Below the pieces are notes generated by a model that was given only the letters and a program-made list of their open reading frames with translations, did not search any database and had not been told where the DNA came from. 64,000 bases of DNA from an uncultured virus (IMG/VR IMGVR_UViG_3300007963_000001) (Duplodnaviria; Heunggongvirae; Uroviricota; Caudoviricetes): the IMG/VR virus record IMGVR_UViG_3300007963_000001. One strand, given 5' to 3'. Position numbers and translations under genes: made by a program. Each line of letters begins with the position of its first letter. Position 1 is the stretch's first letter. Of this stretch, positions 8,825-18,422 are shown one piece after another.

Positions 8825-11053
8825 CTATGCTCTTGGCACGATTTTCCTCAACATGGGGCGAAGGACAGGCATGGCCTCTTGCGCTATCTGTGACTCGTCT
8901 GAGATAGTGATTGCGTTAGGGTAGTATGCAGAGGTGTCTTGACCTGCAATTCCAATTCCGATAAGTCCAATTTTCTTGGAAGCCCCGTTGGTCACTTTGG
9001 TTAGGTGTGAGCGAGCAGACTCCCCTGCTGGTGCTTCCCCTGCTGGTGCGCCGTCAGAGATGACGATGAGAAGGCGGCTACCCTTCATGGTAGCGAGCCT
9101 GTCCAAGCACCACTGGACAGCGTAGCCGTCAGAGTTGTTGTAGCCAGTGAAAGGTGCGGCAATTGTTGCCTTGTCGAGAGTGGATGTTCCCTCGCTGTTG
9201 AATGCCTTACGGACTCTCATGGATGTGCCGTAGTTGGTGTTGAAATCCACAACCTCATAGTTGATTCCGATGTTGCGGAAAACCTCTGAGAAAACCACTG
9301 CCGCATTGGATGCGTCTTGCGCTCTGTTTCCACTTCCCATCGAGCCGGATGCGTCAATGAGAATGATAGCATTTCCATTGACCTCTTTTGCACCTGCCTT
9401 CTTGCGGTAAATCTTCTGAGTGTCGTTGCCTGAAACCCCCAACTTCCATGTTTGCTTTGGGTCAAGGAATCCTTGCTTCTCGTAGTTATTCCATGATGGG
9501 TCAAGACCCTTCAATCGGCGCATCATCTCAGAGGTAATTCTCTTGATGACCTTGCGGTTCTTCTTGACTACATGGTTGTAGGTGGAAGCGTGAGCCTTGA
9601 TGCGGGTTTCTCTGCGAACAAAGTCCTTTGCACCAGCGATAACATGGATTTGATGACCGTCATCAGTAGTCAGTGTTCCCTCATCAATCATGTGGGTCTT
9701 GCCTGTGACTGTTGCGACCTCTTGCCTTGCACCGTCAGTGTGGCCGTTGTCGATGTCGTGTGCAGTCTGAACGACCTCTTGCATCTCAGACGCTACCCTG
9801 TCGATAAGTTCCGACCATACTTCCTCAAACTCTCCTGAGTTCACTGAGTCGCCGCCTGTTGCCCCATCCTCTGTGTTTAGGTCTGCATCTGAGTCAATGT
9901 GTCCATCGCCTTCGCCATTGCCATCGCCACCATCGCCATCGTGGTCATCGCCATCGCCATCGCCATCGCCATCACCACCATCGCAATCGCCACTTGCATC
10001 GCCATCACAATCTAAGCCGTCATCTGCATTTCCATCTGAGGAATCATCGCCCTCGATATCGCATTCCCCAGTGGAGTCACCAGTGGTGTCACTGGACTCA
10101 TCTGAGGACTCGTCACCAGCACCACTACCGGACTCATCACCGGACTCGTCTGAGGACTCTCCATCGCCAGTGGAATCACTAACTCCTGAATCGCCATCAT
10201 CAGAGTCAGAAGGTGTTGAATCTTGAGGCTCAGTCTTTGGCTGTTCCTTCATGTCGGAGAACCTTGACCTGCTTGGTTGCTCAGGGTTGCGACCCTGTGC
10301 TTGTTGTTGCTCAGATGCTCTCTCGATGTCACGGCCTGAAAGGTCATCGTCAGACATACCATCGAAGTCAGATTCCCAGTCCTCTGACTCATCATCAGGG
10401 AACGCAATTCTGTAAGCCTTGAGAAGCCTCTTTGCTTGGTTGATTACATCAGAGGTTGATGGTTGCTTGATTGCATTCATCATCAACTTCCTGTTGTCGT
10501 TCATGAAGTCGATAACTCGCTGGTTGGTGAACCAATGTGGCTGGTGAGCAATTGCCTCAGTCATCATGGCTACCATAGCCTGTTGCTTGAGTGGGGATTC
10601 GTCAGTGGTCTGCTCTTGGTGTTGAGCCATGAATACCTCATGAGTGAATTGCATCTGCTTTGCACTACCCTTCCAGTCCTGACCGAACAGATGGTTGATG
10701 CGAGCATCCTCAAGCAGATTGACGAACTTGTGTAGGAGTTGGTCAACCTCATGCTTCTTCATTGGCTTGATGACTTTCCTCTCCCAAGCCACGAAGTCAG
10801 TGTATCTGTGGTGAGCATTCTCATGAGCAAGAATCGCCTCTTGCATGATTGAGTTCCACACATCGTTGTCGTGCATTCTCTCAGGGATTTGGATGGTCTT
10901 TCCATCGGTGCAAGCATTCGTTGTTATCACTACTCTTTCGACCTTAGAACCAAATCCTCGTAGTTCTCCCGACATGACCTTAGATACCCTGTGGAATCTT
11001 GCGGCTTTGGCGGCATTGATACTGGCTTGGCTCGGTGCGGCTGTGTTGTTCAT
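8825..11053 (-). CDS. CobT-like VWA-domain protein with N-terminal HExxH and acidic linker
   Basis: HENAH; D/G/S low-complexity linker; MIDAS LIDASGSM and VISDGAP. Confidence 0.9.
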   Translation of the reverse strand: MNNTAAPSQASINAAKAARFHRVSKVMSGELRGFGSKVERVVITTNACTDGKTIQIPERMHDNDVWNSIMQEAILAHENAHHRYTDFVAWERKVIKPMKKHEVDQLLHKFVNLLEDARINHLFGQDWKGSAKQMQFTHEVFMAQHQEQTTDESPLKQQAMVAMMTEAIAHQPHWFTNQRVIDFMNDNRKLMMNAIKQPSTSDVINQAKRLLKAYRIAFPDDESEDWESDFDGMSDDDLSGRDIERASEQQQAQGRNPEQPSRSRFSDMKEQPKTEPQDSTPSDSDDGDSGVSDSTGDGESSDESGDESGSGAGDESSDESSDTTGDSTGECDIEGDDSSDGNADDGLDCDGDASGDCDGGDGDGDGDGDDHDGDGGDGNGEGDGHIDSDADLNTEDGATGGDSVNSGEFEEVWSELIDRVASEMQEVVQTAHDIDNGHTDGARQEVATVTGKTHMIDEGTLTTDDGHQIHVIAGAKDFVRRETRIKAHASTYNHVVKKNRKVIKRITSEMMRRLKGLDPSWNNYEKQGFLDPKQTWKLGVSGNDTQKIYRKKAGAKEVNGNAIILIDASGSMGSGNRAQDASNAAVVFSEVFRNIGINYEVVDFNTNYGTSMRVRKAFNSEGTSTLDKATIAAPFTGYNNSDGYAVQWCLDRLATMKGSRLLIVISDGAPAGEAPAGESARSHLTKVTNGASKKIGLIGIGIAGQDTSAYYPNAITISDESQIAQEAMPVLRPMLRKIVPRA

Positions 11054-11073
11054 GCCCCTACGGGGCTGAATGT

Positions 11074-11117
11074 CTGATATAAGCAGTTCGATGTGATGGG
11101 TCTGTTTAGTCAGACTT
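11074..11117 (-). promoter_or_regulatory. Promoter shared with the CobS-like gene
   Basis: AAGTCTGACTA-N11-CACATCGAACTGCTTATATCAG, matching 13817-13860. Confidence 0.7.
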
Positions 11118-11142
11118 TACTGACCTTTCAGAACTGCCTTGA

Positions 11143-11973
11143 TTACCACTTTCTTTTTCTGAATGGAACAGGCTCGCAGTGTAGCGTTCTTAGGGTCAGA
11201 AGGTAATCTTTGAAAATCCGAGATAACCCAGCATGATTCCATATCTCAGATTGTATCTTGATTGCAGTGATAATATCCTCGATTTCAGCATGGTTGTATT
11301 CGGCCATTTTGATGATGTTCATTGGATGGTTTTTCATCTCATTTCCAATGTATCGACCAGTCAGTATTGCTTTGGTTTCATCCAGTCCAGTTAGGTTCGG
11401 TTGTCTTGGTTCTTCTTCACATCTGAATCCCACTGGACTCGTCAGTAAGTTATTCCATGCGCTCCGCCATGAAGGAGATACTTCGGCAATGTGTCGAAGA
11501 TGGTTTTCATCAAGGCCAGTTGCCGCAGAAGTTCCCTGCAAAAATCGGAGTAGGTTTGCTGGAGATGGCCTGTCGACTTCGACACTCAAACAGTTCTTCC
11601 TGAGATGGAACGGAACGGATTTGAAATTATCAATTACAATCAGAACTGGAACTAACTCTAACTCAATGAAATCAGATACCAACTTCCATTCTCTTTTGCC
11701 CAATGATTCTGCATCATCAACAATAGCAATTTTCCTATCACCACTGAGGCTGAATGAAGTTGCCTTTGAGAACGGATTCTTCACAGTGAAATCATCAATC
11801 CATTCGGGTTCAAATCCCTGTGCTTTTGAGAAGGTGGAAGCAAGAGTTGTCTTGCCCACTCCACTATCTCCATGAATCACAACCGCACTGATTAGAGTGG
11901 GGGATTTCTCAGACCGAGATTGTAGCCATGATGAGAATGCTGAATGTTTGGATTTACTGCCAATCCAATCCAT
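11143..11973 (-). CDS. AAA+ ATPase resembling a short RFC large subunit
   Basis: HGDSGVGKTTLA Walker A, IAIVDDAESL Walker B, RSAWNNL sensor-2-like. Confidence 0.7.
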   Translation of the reverse strand: MDWIGSKSKHSAFSSWLQSRSEKSPTLISAVVIHGDSGVGKTTLASTFSKAQGFEPEWIDDFTVKNPFSKATSFSLSGDRKIAIVDDAESLGKREWKLVSDFIELELVPVLIVIDNFKSVPFHLRKNCLSVEVDRPSPANLLRFLQGTSAATGLDENHLRHIAEVSPSWRSAWNNLLTSPVGFRCEEEPRQPNLTGLDETKAILTGRYIGNEMKNHPMNIIKMAEYNHAEIEDIITAIKIQSEIWNHAGLSRIFKDYLLTLRTLHCEPVPFRKRKW

Positions 11974-11974
11974 C

Positions 11975-12184
11975 TCAATCCCATCTGTTCGGGGGGATTC
12001 CTTTGATTTGCCATCCCCGCAAACTCAGTTGATTTCTGTCTATCTTTGGACTTCGCATATCAGCCGCAGATGATATCGAATGAAGTGCATTCTCGATAAC
12101 CTCGATTCTGTCTTTGAGTCGCTTCACTTCTTCTTTCAATTCGTCAATCTCTTGTTGCTTCTCCAACTCCATCTCAGTAGGCAT
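11975..12184 (-). CDS. Small coiled-coil protein (start moved to ATG 12184)
   Basis: MPTEMELEKQQEIDELKEE...; class-II promoter CCCACC 17 nt upstream. Confidence 0.65.
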   Translation of the reverse strand: MPTEMELEKQQEIDELKEEVKRLKDRIEVIENALHSISSAADMRSPKIDRNQLSLRGWQIKGIPPNRWD

Positions 12185-12251
12185 GGCACAAGTGGGTTCT
12201 CCCACCCTAATGAATATCTTAGTTTGGGGTATTACGAATCTTACTATTTCT

Positions 12252-12342
12252 GATATCAATAGAAGCGTTCTGAGCCATTTGTTTGCTTTGGAGGACTCAG
12301 ACTACCACCTCAGAAAAACAACGGCGGAGAACGGCTCTATTG
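12252..12342. repeat. Dispersed ~90-bp element, copy 2
   Basis: gatatcaatagaagcgttctgagcc...agaacggctctatt. Confidence 0.75.
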
Positions 12343-12429
12343 GGGTCTGTCGAGTTCGACACACAATAATCGGAATCCCATCCTGAAAAAAATCCTGAAA
12401 AAAATCCTGAACCCACTGGATTTCAAAAC

Positions 12430-12464
12430 AAAAAAAAGGGGAAGCCGCCGAAGCGACTCCCCCA
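12430..12464 (-). terminator. GC hairpin with CTTCGG loop followed by T-tract
   Basis: minus strand ggggagtcg-cttcgg-cggcttcccc-tttttttt, downstream of the CobS-like gene. Confidence 0.8.
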
Positions 12465-12527
12465 GTTTTTCTGATTGTTGCCTACTTGATTCTGCCCTCA
12501 CTAATTTTCCTGAATCTTCTTCCTATC

Positions 12528-13772
12528 TCAAAGGTCTGAGAACCTGCCGCGAGCGACAGTCATTACATCATCCACATCATCCACATCGAACAGAGGTAGG
12601 ATGGTGGCCTCAAGAACTTGGCTCATGTTGAATTGAGCAAGGCAAGTCATTGCAGTCACAAGAGTTGCAGTGCCGATATCGGTTGGCTCTGCAAACCTAT
12701 CATCCGAGTTCATCTTGCGTAGGTCGGTAGCGAATGCAACCAACTCGTCAGCCGCATCTTGGTTTGCGACACCTGATTGTGCTTGGATAACCTGAGCCTC
12801 AAGAGTTGGGCTTAGGTAGTCAAACTGAATGGTCATTCCGAACCTGCGGCGAGTTGCTTGGTTCATGCGTGTAGTTCCAGCGTAGTTCGGGTTCATGGAT
12901 GCGAACACACGGAAGTCAGGGTGAGCGTGGAGAACCTCTCCGGTCATTGGGATATCCATGACTCCAGCATCAAGGATTTGGTTCAGACCACCAGCAACGG
13001 ATGGCTTGATGAAATTGCACTCGTCAAGATAGAAGATTCCACCATACCTCATTGCCTTTGTTAGTTGCCCATCAACGAAGGCACTGACTACATTTCCAGC
13101 ACCGTCTGTGGTTGCGGTCATGTAGCCTTGTAGGTCAGCAAAGTCAAGTCCATCCCTGCCGTTGACACGGAAGCGAGGAAGTCCTGTAAGGTAGGAGAAT
13201 TGGCCTATCGCCATTGTCTTTCCACAGCCTGTTCCACCCTCAGTCATTAGGTGCATATTGTTGTTGAATGCAAAGGCCATAGCGAACAGTTCGCTACCCA
13301 TTAGACCTTGCTCAATGTAGCCACTATCAGATGTCTGAATTAGCGTCTGAATATCTGCTGGATAGTCCGAGATATCTCGGTGAGTAATCCCTGCAAAAAC
13401 ATTCGGTGCGGTAGTAGTTCCTGATGTGGTAGTTGGTGCTGGCTTCATCGACATTGCTGGTGCGGTTGAACCAGTGGTAGCCCCTGTTGCGGCCTCTGCG
13501 AGTTCTGATAGCCAAATCTGCTTGCTTGACCCTATGTCGACCTTAGTTAGACCAGCCGCCTCTAAGCGACCCTTTGCAACTGTTGATGTTCTGAGAGATT
13601 CCAACGCAGTATCACCTCCGTTGTCGTGGATTAGTTGGTGGACTTCCGTGAAATATATCTCACGGTCAACCCTCCCGCCGTTATCAATAACGACATCCCT
13701 CATTGCTTGCGGTAGCATACTTCGGTTTCCTGTTGTTTCTGTCATCTTTTTCATCTCCTTTTTTTCGTTCAT
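12528..13772 (-). CDS. CobS/MoxR-family AAA+ ATPase
   Basis: GGTGCGKT, FYLDECN, FRVFASMNP, NQATRRRF. Confidence 0.9.
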   Translation of the reverse strand: MNEKKEMKKMTETTGNRSMLPQAMRDVVIDNGGRVDREIYFTEVHQLIHDNGGDTALESLRTSTVAKGRLEAAGLTKVDIGSSKQIWLSELAEAATGATTGSTAPAMSMKPAPTTTSGTTTAPNVFAGITHRDISDYPADIQTLIQTSDSGYIEQGLMGSELFAMAFAFNNNMHLMTEGGTGCGKTMAIGQFSYLTGLPRFRVNGRDGLDFADLQGYMTATTDGAGNVVSAFVDGQLTKAMRYGGIFYLDECNFIKPSVAGGLNQILDAGVMDIPMTGEVLHAHPDFRVFASMNPNYAGTTRMNQATRRRFGMTIQFDYLSPTLEAQVIQAQSGVANQDAADELVAFATDLRKMNSDDRFAEPTDIGTATLVTAMTCLAQFNMSQVLEATILPLFDVDDVDDVMTVARGRFSDL

Positions 13773-13816
13773 TAGTCATCGGCGTGTTGCTTCGACACCT
13801 CTGCGGAGGCCGATTC

Positions 13817-13860
13817 CTGTATTAAGCACTTCCATGTGGAGAATCCGAATAGTCAGACTT
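13817..13860 (-). promoter_or_regulatory. Promoter shared with the CobT-like gene
   Basis: AAGTCTGACTA-N11-CACATGGAAGTGCTTAATACAG. Confidence 0.7.
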
Positions 13861-13875
13861 CAATGGGTTTGAAGT

Positions 13876-14337
13876 TTAGAGCAGTTGTTTGATTTGCAAG
13901 TATGTCTTAATCATCCGTATATCCCAATCTTCTTCCGCTTTTTTCCGTTCCCAATTCAGTATCTTTTTTCCAGCGTAGTAGCGGTATGTGGATGCTTGAG
14001 AATTGTCGAATCCCATAGCCTGAATCACCAGTCTGTTGATGACGGTGATACCGGAATAGGACACAACTGGTTCTTCCTCTCCGTCAGGCCAGCAGATGTT
14101 GAACACTGCCAGCCCTGCTTCTTTGGGTTCATCTCTCATGCACATTACTGCGATTCTCTCAGCATGGGGAGTCCAGTATTCCCTCTCTTTCTCGGCGGCA
14201 TTCAGAAGTATCTCATCGAAGTTCCCGATGTGTCCGAGATGGGTTGTGATTAACCACTTGGTTTGGTAGTGAGTGAACCCACATTCGTTTCTCAGAATCT
14301 CGTATATTTTCCTTCTTCGACTCTGAGGCGAACTCAT
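13876..14337 (-). CDS. Hypothetical protein (start at ATGA overlap with the polB stop)
   Basis: MSSPQSRRRKIYEILRNECG... Confidence 0.7.
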   Translation of the reverse strand: MSSPQSRRRKIYEILRNECGFTHYQTKWLITTHLGHIGNFDEILLNAAEKEREYWTPHAERIAVMCMRDEPKEAGLAVFNICWPDGEEEPVVSYSGITVINRLVIQAMGFDNSQASTYRYYAGKKILNWERKKAEEDWDIRMIKTYLQIKQLL

Positions 14338-16979
14338 CTGAACCACTCGTCTAATTTTGTCTGACTCATACCTGCCAATGCAGATGTCCATGATGTGTTG
14401 AATGCACCGAGAATCCCAGCCCAAGATTTTGATTTTGTGAAGTGCTTGTCGAAGGAAGATTGCCTGTCGACTTCGACACCAAATGACTCAGGGGTTTCTC
14501 CCCACTCAATCGCCACAACTCGTTTCGATGGTAGGCTTCCAGTTTCAGAGGAAGATGCAAGAAACAGAACTGGCTTATCTCCGATGTCGAACTCCGTTTT
14601 CAGATTAGAGTTCGACCACATTGCGGCAGTGTGTGCCATCGTTCCTTTCTTCTTCATTCCCATCGGCTGTCCGAAGTCGATACTTGTTGTCTTTTCCACA
14701 TCCATCAAATCGGAATGTATCTCCCTCAACAGGACATTCAATTCTGTATGATTGCAACCAGTTAGGATTGAATTGAAAACTCGGTGCTGGGCATCCTTCA
14801 CAATCTTGGGTGCAGACGACCTTCTAATCTCGACTCCCCTGAATCCATGCTTGCCACTAAAATCTCGATATGCATATCGCTTCTTCACACCCCAAGAGAA
14901 GAACCTCTCGTAGTGTGCATCGGGCTTCACAAAGAAGAACTCATTCTTCTCAACACCCATTGTTTCCTGAACGAATCTATCGTAGGATTTGTTGAGCATG
15001 ATACACAGGATATTGGCTATCGAAACCACATCGTCTTTCTCAAACTCACGCACCTGATTCTGAGCCTCGTCATGATTAGTTATCGCTACCTTACAGGAAT
15101 CAGTATCTTGCCCGATGACATGGAATCTCAACTCGATTCCATCACCAGTGATTTCTTCTGAGAACGGTTCAATACCCAAGTCAGAAAACCACAGGGAACT
15201 GGCCTCAACCAAGTCCTTATTCCACTGGTTGTGAATCCTTGCAATCTCAGTGATATCTGAACCCAATTCAGGAAGTGCTAATCTGAAAGGTCGATTCTTT
15301 GTTTTCTCAGTTTCACCTGAGCCGAGAACACCATACCAACTGTTCATACTTTCCTTCTGCACCCTCTGCTTCCGATTGAGGGTATCACCCAACTCATCAT
15401 CACCACTCTCGTAGGCTTCTCTCATGAGGCTCTGAGTTTCCTTTCTCAGAGTTGCGAGATGGCGAAGAACAGATGGCATGATTCCCTCTCTATCTCTCCT
15501 GTATATCCGACCTGCTGGAGTAGTCGTTATTGGGAATGGAAATCCATCAGGATAGTCGATTGGATTGACAAGCGTATCGGGGCTTCCATTGGTCGTGATT
15601 ATGACTGATGGATATTCCATAGAATTATCCAGTTCAAACGCATTCTGATAGACTCCAATTGGATTCTCCATTACAAATCCACCCTGCTCTATTCCACCAG
15701 TTCTTCTCTCCTTCACCACCTGAACAGAAGGCATGATGATGTTCTTCTCAAACAGGAGATGACCCATCATGTCCTCGACCAACATCATGTTGCTATTTGC
15801 TCGCTTCATGACCGAGTTGTGGAATGCAGTTTTGGTGAGATAAAATGGAACGAGATTCAATTCGTTCATGCACCTCTCAACGCAGACATTATCCCATGCG
15901 TTATAGACGGCCAACATCATTGGGTCTTTGACCATCAAATCAGTAATTCTCGTTCTCGGAACTTTGCCATAACCCAAGACTGAACCAGCCATCCATGCGA
16001 GTGAGCCTGAGCCTGTTGTAGCCGCCGCACCTTGCACCTGTTCTGCGTAGGCAATCTTACTATCGAACAGTGGTATCTTGAGAAGTGAATACAGATTCGG
16101 ATATCGGTGATGGACAGGCACACTTCCACCATACCTTCGGTTCATCTCATTCCTCATGACTCGACTTCTGTTTTTCAGATATGGAATATCGTAGCCGATG
16201 ATATGCTGTCCACCAAGCAAATCTCTGTCCAGTTCCTCAATCCTCTGCTTGAACCACCAAAGCAGAGCCGCTTCGTTGGTATCGGGGTCAAGATGAGAGA
16301 AACTCTCCACACGCACTTTGTCGGGTTCGATGGGGGGTATGGGGCTGGTATGCTCAACAATGCTCTCTAACGCCTCCTGTGACCCCAAGAATCGCCTAAC
16401 TTGGTGTTGACTGGTGGGTGCGGTAGTTCCAATCTCATGTATGCCTGTGACGCTATCCACGAATGCGATACTCACAACTCTCTCAGGTGCATTCTCTGTA
16501 TCGAGAGAATCCGCAGTTTCAATATCGAACCAAACAACATCCAATCGGAATTGAGTTGGGTCGGTCTTGCTGGATTTGATGTGGATTGGTCTGAGATTTC
16601 TGCCAGTGCTGAGTTGCTTCGTGTCGATGTCGACAACCGCAGTCCATCCGTAAATCCAACGAACCAAAGAACTCCAAGAAACATCGGCTGAATAATGTGG
16701 ATAGAAGTAGTCACGAATCTCCTTGATATCTGACGGCATCTCCACTCTGATTTCGTAAAGTGGAACACCAGTGATAGTTGTCTTATCCGACAACTTAGTT
16801 GAGGTCACAAACGATGGCAGATTCGGAATCTCACTGGGATTCTTTTCAGACCAAAATCTCGGAATACAACCCTCGACTGTGACCTTCTTTGTCGAGCCAT
16901 CCAGTGCCTTCAATCTGAGATGTGTGAGTAGCCTGTCTGATTCGTCATAACTGACATCGACTATCAGGAAGGATTGCAT
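14334..16979 (-). CDS. polB: Family B DNA polymerase
   Basis: FDIET exo I, GYDIPYL exo II, DNSMEYPS, KESMNSWYG, QDTDS, KKRY; C-terminal PIP box QTKLDEWF. Confidence 0.95.
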   Translation of the reverse strand: MQSFLIVDVSYDESDRLLTHLRLKALDGSTKKVTVEGCIPRFWSEKNPSEIPNLPSFVTSTKLSDKTTITGVPLYEIRVEMPSDIKEIRDYFYPHYSADVSWSSLVRWIYGWTAVVDIDTKQLSTGRNLRPIHIKSSKTDPTQFRLDVVWFDIETADSLDTENAPERVVSIAFVDSVTGIHEIGTTAPTSQHQVRRFLGSQEALESIVEHTSPIPPIEPDKVRVESFSHLDPDTNEAALLWWFKQRIEELDRDLLGGQHIIGYDIPYLKNRSRVMRNEMNRRYGGSVPVHHRYPNLYSLLKIPLFDSKIAYAEQVQGAAATTGSGSLAWMAGSVLGYGKVPRTRITDLMVKDPMMLAVYNAWDNVCVERCMNELNLVPFYLTKTAFHNSVMKRANSNMMLVEDMMGHLLFEKNIIMPSVQVVKERRTGGIEQGGFVMENPIGVYQNAFELDNSMEYPSVIITTNGSPDTLVNPIDYPDGFPFPITTTPAGRIYRRDREGIMPSVLRHLATLRKETQSLMREAYESGDDELGDTLNRKQRVQKESMNSWYGVLGSGETEKTKNRPFRLALPELGSDITEIARIHNQWNKDLVEASSLWFSDLGIEPFSEEITGDGIELRFHVIGQDTDSCKVAITNHDEAQNQVREFEKDDVVSIANILCIMLNKSYDRFVQETMGVEKNEFFFVKPDAHYERFFSWGVKKRYAYRDFSGKHGFRGVEIRRSSAPKIVKDAQHRVFNSILTGCNHTELNVLLREIHSDLMDVEKTTSIDFGQPMGMKKKGTMAHTAAMWSNSNLKTEFDIGDKPVLFLASSSETGSLPSKRVVAIEWGETPESFGVEVDRQSSFDKHFTKSKSWAGILGAFNTSWTSALAGMSQTKLDEWFR

Positions 16980-17003
16980 ATCTGATGTGGGTGATTCCCA
17001 CCA

Positions 17004-17528
17004 TTAAGAACGAATCTTGAAAACATTTCTTGGTTCGTTCTTTCTTCTGCGATTGGTTTTGGGTCGAACCCACCCTGACTTTTCGATAATGTCATCAATT
17101 ATCATTTTGTGAAGTTCCACAACACCAGCCAATTCGGGTTGGTTGGAATACCATCTGAGGCATCGTAGGTATTCAGGAATTGAATCCCGAATATACTTCA
17201 ATTGGCCTCTTGCTTCTGCCGCATGATATTCCCAGCGAGATGCCAAGTTTCTGTCCTGATAAACTTCTGATGCGTTCTCTCCATCATACTCAACTGGTGT
17301 CCAAGATTGATACCATTCCTCATACTCATCTAACCTTCTTCTTGCGATGTTCGCTACTCCCCTTTTGGAGAATAAATATCGGTGTGTATTGAACAGAGTT
17401 CCACACACAAACTCGACATTCATTGGGTCAATAAATCGTGAAATATCCATGCCTCTTTCTGCAAACTCCTGTCGTCTAAGATGCCATTGCCCTACTGGGT
17501 GATTCCTACCTGCTTTCATCCAATCCAT
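17004..17528 (-). CDS. Hypothetical protein (start moved to ATG 17528)
   Basis: MDWMKAGRNHPVGQW... begins just after the upstream stop at 17530. Confidence 0.7.
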   Translation of the reverse strand: MDWMKAGRNHPVGQWHLRRQEFAERGMDISRFIDPMNVEFVCGTLFNTHRYLFSKRGVANIARRRLDEYEEWYQSWTPVEYDGENASEVYQDRNLASRWEYHAAEARGQLKYIRDSIPEYLRCLRWYSNQPELAGVVELHKMIIDDIIEKSGWVRPKTNRRRKNEPRNVFKIRS

Positions 17529-17529
17529 T

Positions 17530-18033
17530 TCAAGCCCCCCTTTCCATTTCCAAGTGAGGCATATTATCCCAATCCAAATCACGGCAGTTGAAGATTTTTT
17601 GTTTGCACCAATCCAATTCTTGCTCATTCCAACGGCTTCCTTCTCTCCTTTCTAAGTTCTCAGTTCCCTTAGCCCAAGCCAATCCTTCACCAGCCCACTT
17701 CTTCTCAGCACGACTGTTTTGTTTGGTAGCCTCTCCCAAATCGAAATGCCAAAAGTGAGGGTCGAAGATATCTCCATTTTCCAACTCAATCCAAAAGTGC
17801 CAGTTGCCGATGTTTCCGTTAGCGTGTTCCTTGAATCCGATTCTTCCCTCAATCAATTTCATCTGCTTTCTCTGACTCTTTGGGAAGGCCATAATCAACT
17901 TGGCGGCAGTGTTCCAACACCTGTTGGAAATGCAGACCAAGTTCTTCTTCTCAGCCATCTCATGCAAATCCCATTCTGTTATCACTATTTCAGGTGTTTT
18001 TTCGGTATGGCTTCGCTCAGGCTCGCGGGTCAT
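17530..18033 (-). CDS. Transglutaminase/papain-like fold protein (putative Cys-His-Asp)
   Basis: NRCWNTA ... HFWIELENGDIFDP; start at 18033 inferred from the class-I promoter. Confidence 0.55.
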   Translation of the reverse strand: MTREPERSHTEKTPEIVITEWDLHEMAEKKNLVCISNRCWNTAAKLIMAFPKSQRKQMKLIEGRIGFKEHANGNIGNWHFWIELENGDIFDPHFWHFDLGEATKQNSRAEKKWAGEGLAWAKGTENLERREGSRWNEQELDWCKQKIFNCRDLDWDNMPHLEMERGA

Positions 18034-18146
18034 AGACCCGCATGGGGAGGCCATCGGTATATCAATAGATTCTCAATCTCACTCTCATCATATATCAATA
18101 CCATAGTAAAATCGTCAATTTACTAACACGCCGAGCAACTTTATTT

Positions 18147-18422
18147 TCAGTCGGATTCTTGCGAAAACTCCGTGTCGAAATCGACACCCATCTCTTTCAA
18201 TTTCGACACAATCAAAATCAATTTTTCAGCATAGACAGATGCATCCATCAGTTCCTCTTGGTGATGGGTCAGCCACTCGACCAAACTCAGGTCGGTTCTA
18301 TCCATTGTCTTGTTGTCATACTTGAGTTCGGCATGACCACAATTCGGACACGGCTTCTTCTCTCTCGCTTGCTCTGCTCTCGCCTGTATCTTCTTGCATA
18401 CCTCATCCTCGATTTTGCTCAT
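18147..18422 (-). CDS. Small all-alpha NTP-pyrophosphatase (MazG-like) phage protein with a CPNC insertion
   Basis: KY...[26 protein letters not shown]. Confidence 0.65.
   Translation of the reverse strand: MSKIEDEVCKKIQARAEQAREKKPCPNCGHAELKYDNKTMDRTDLSLVEWLTHHQEELMDASVYAEKLILIVSKLKEMGVDFDTEFSQESD

Noticed and set aside
9860..10210. CCATCG-type hexamer repeats as a non-coding element
   Set aside because: They encode the Gly-Asp acidic linker of the VWA protein
8825..13772. Cobalamin-synthesis auxiliary metabolic genes
   Set aside because: No CobN or other pathway genes; a generic MoxR/VWA pair is more parsimonious
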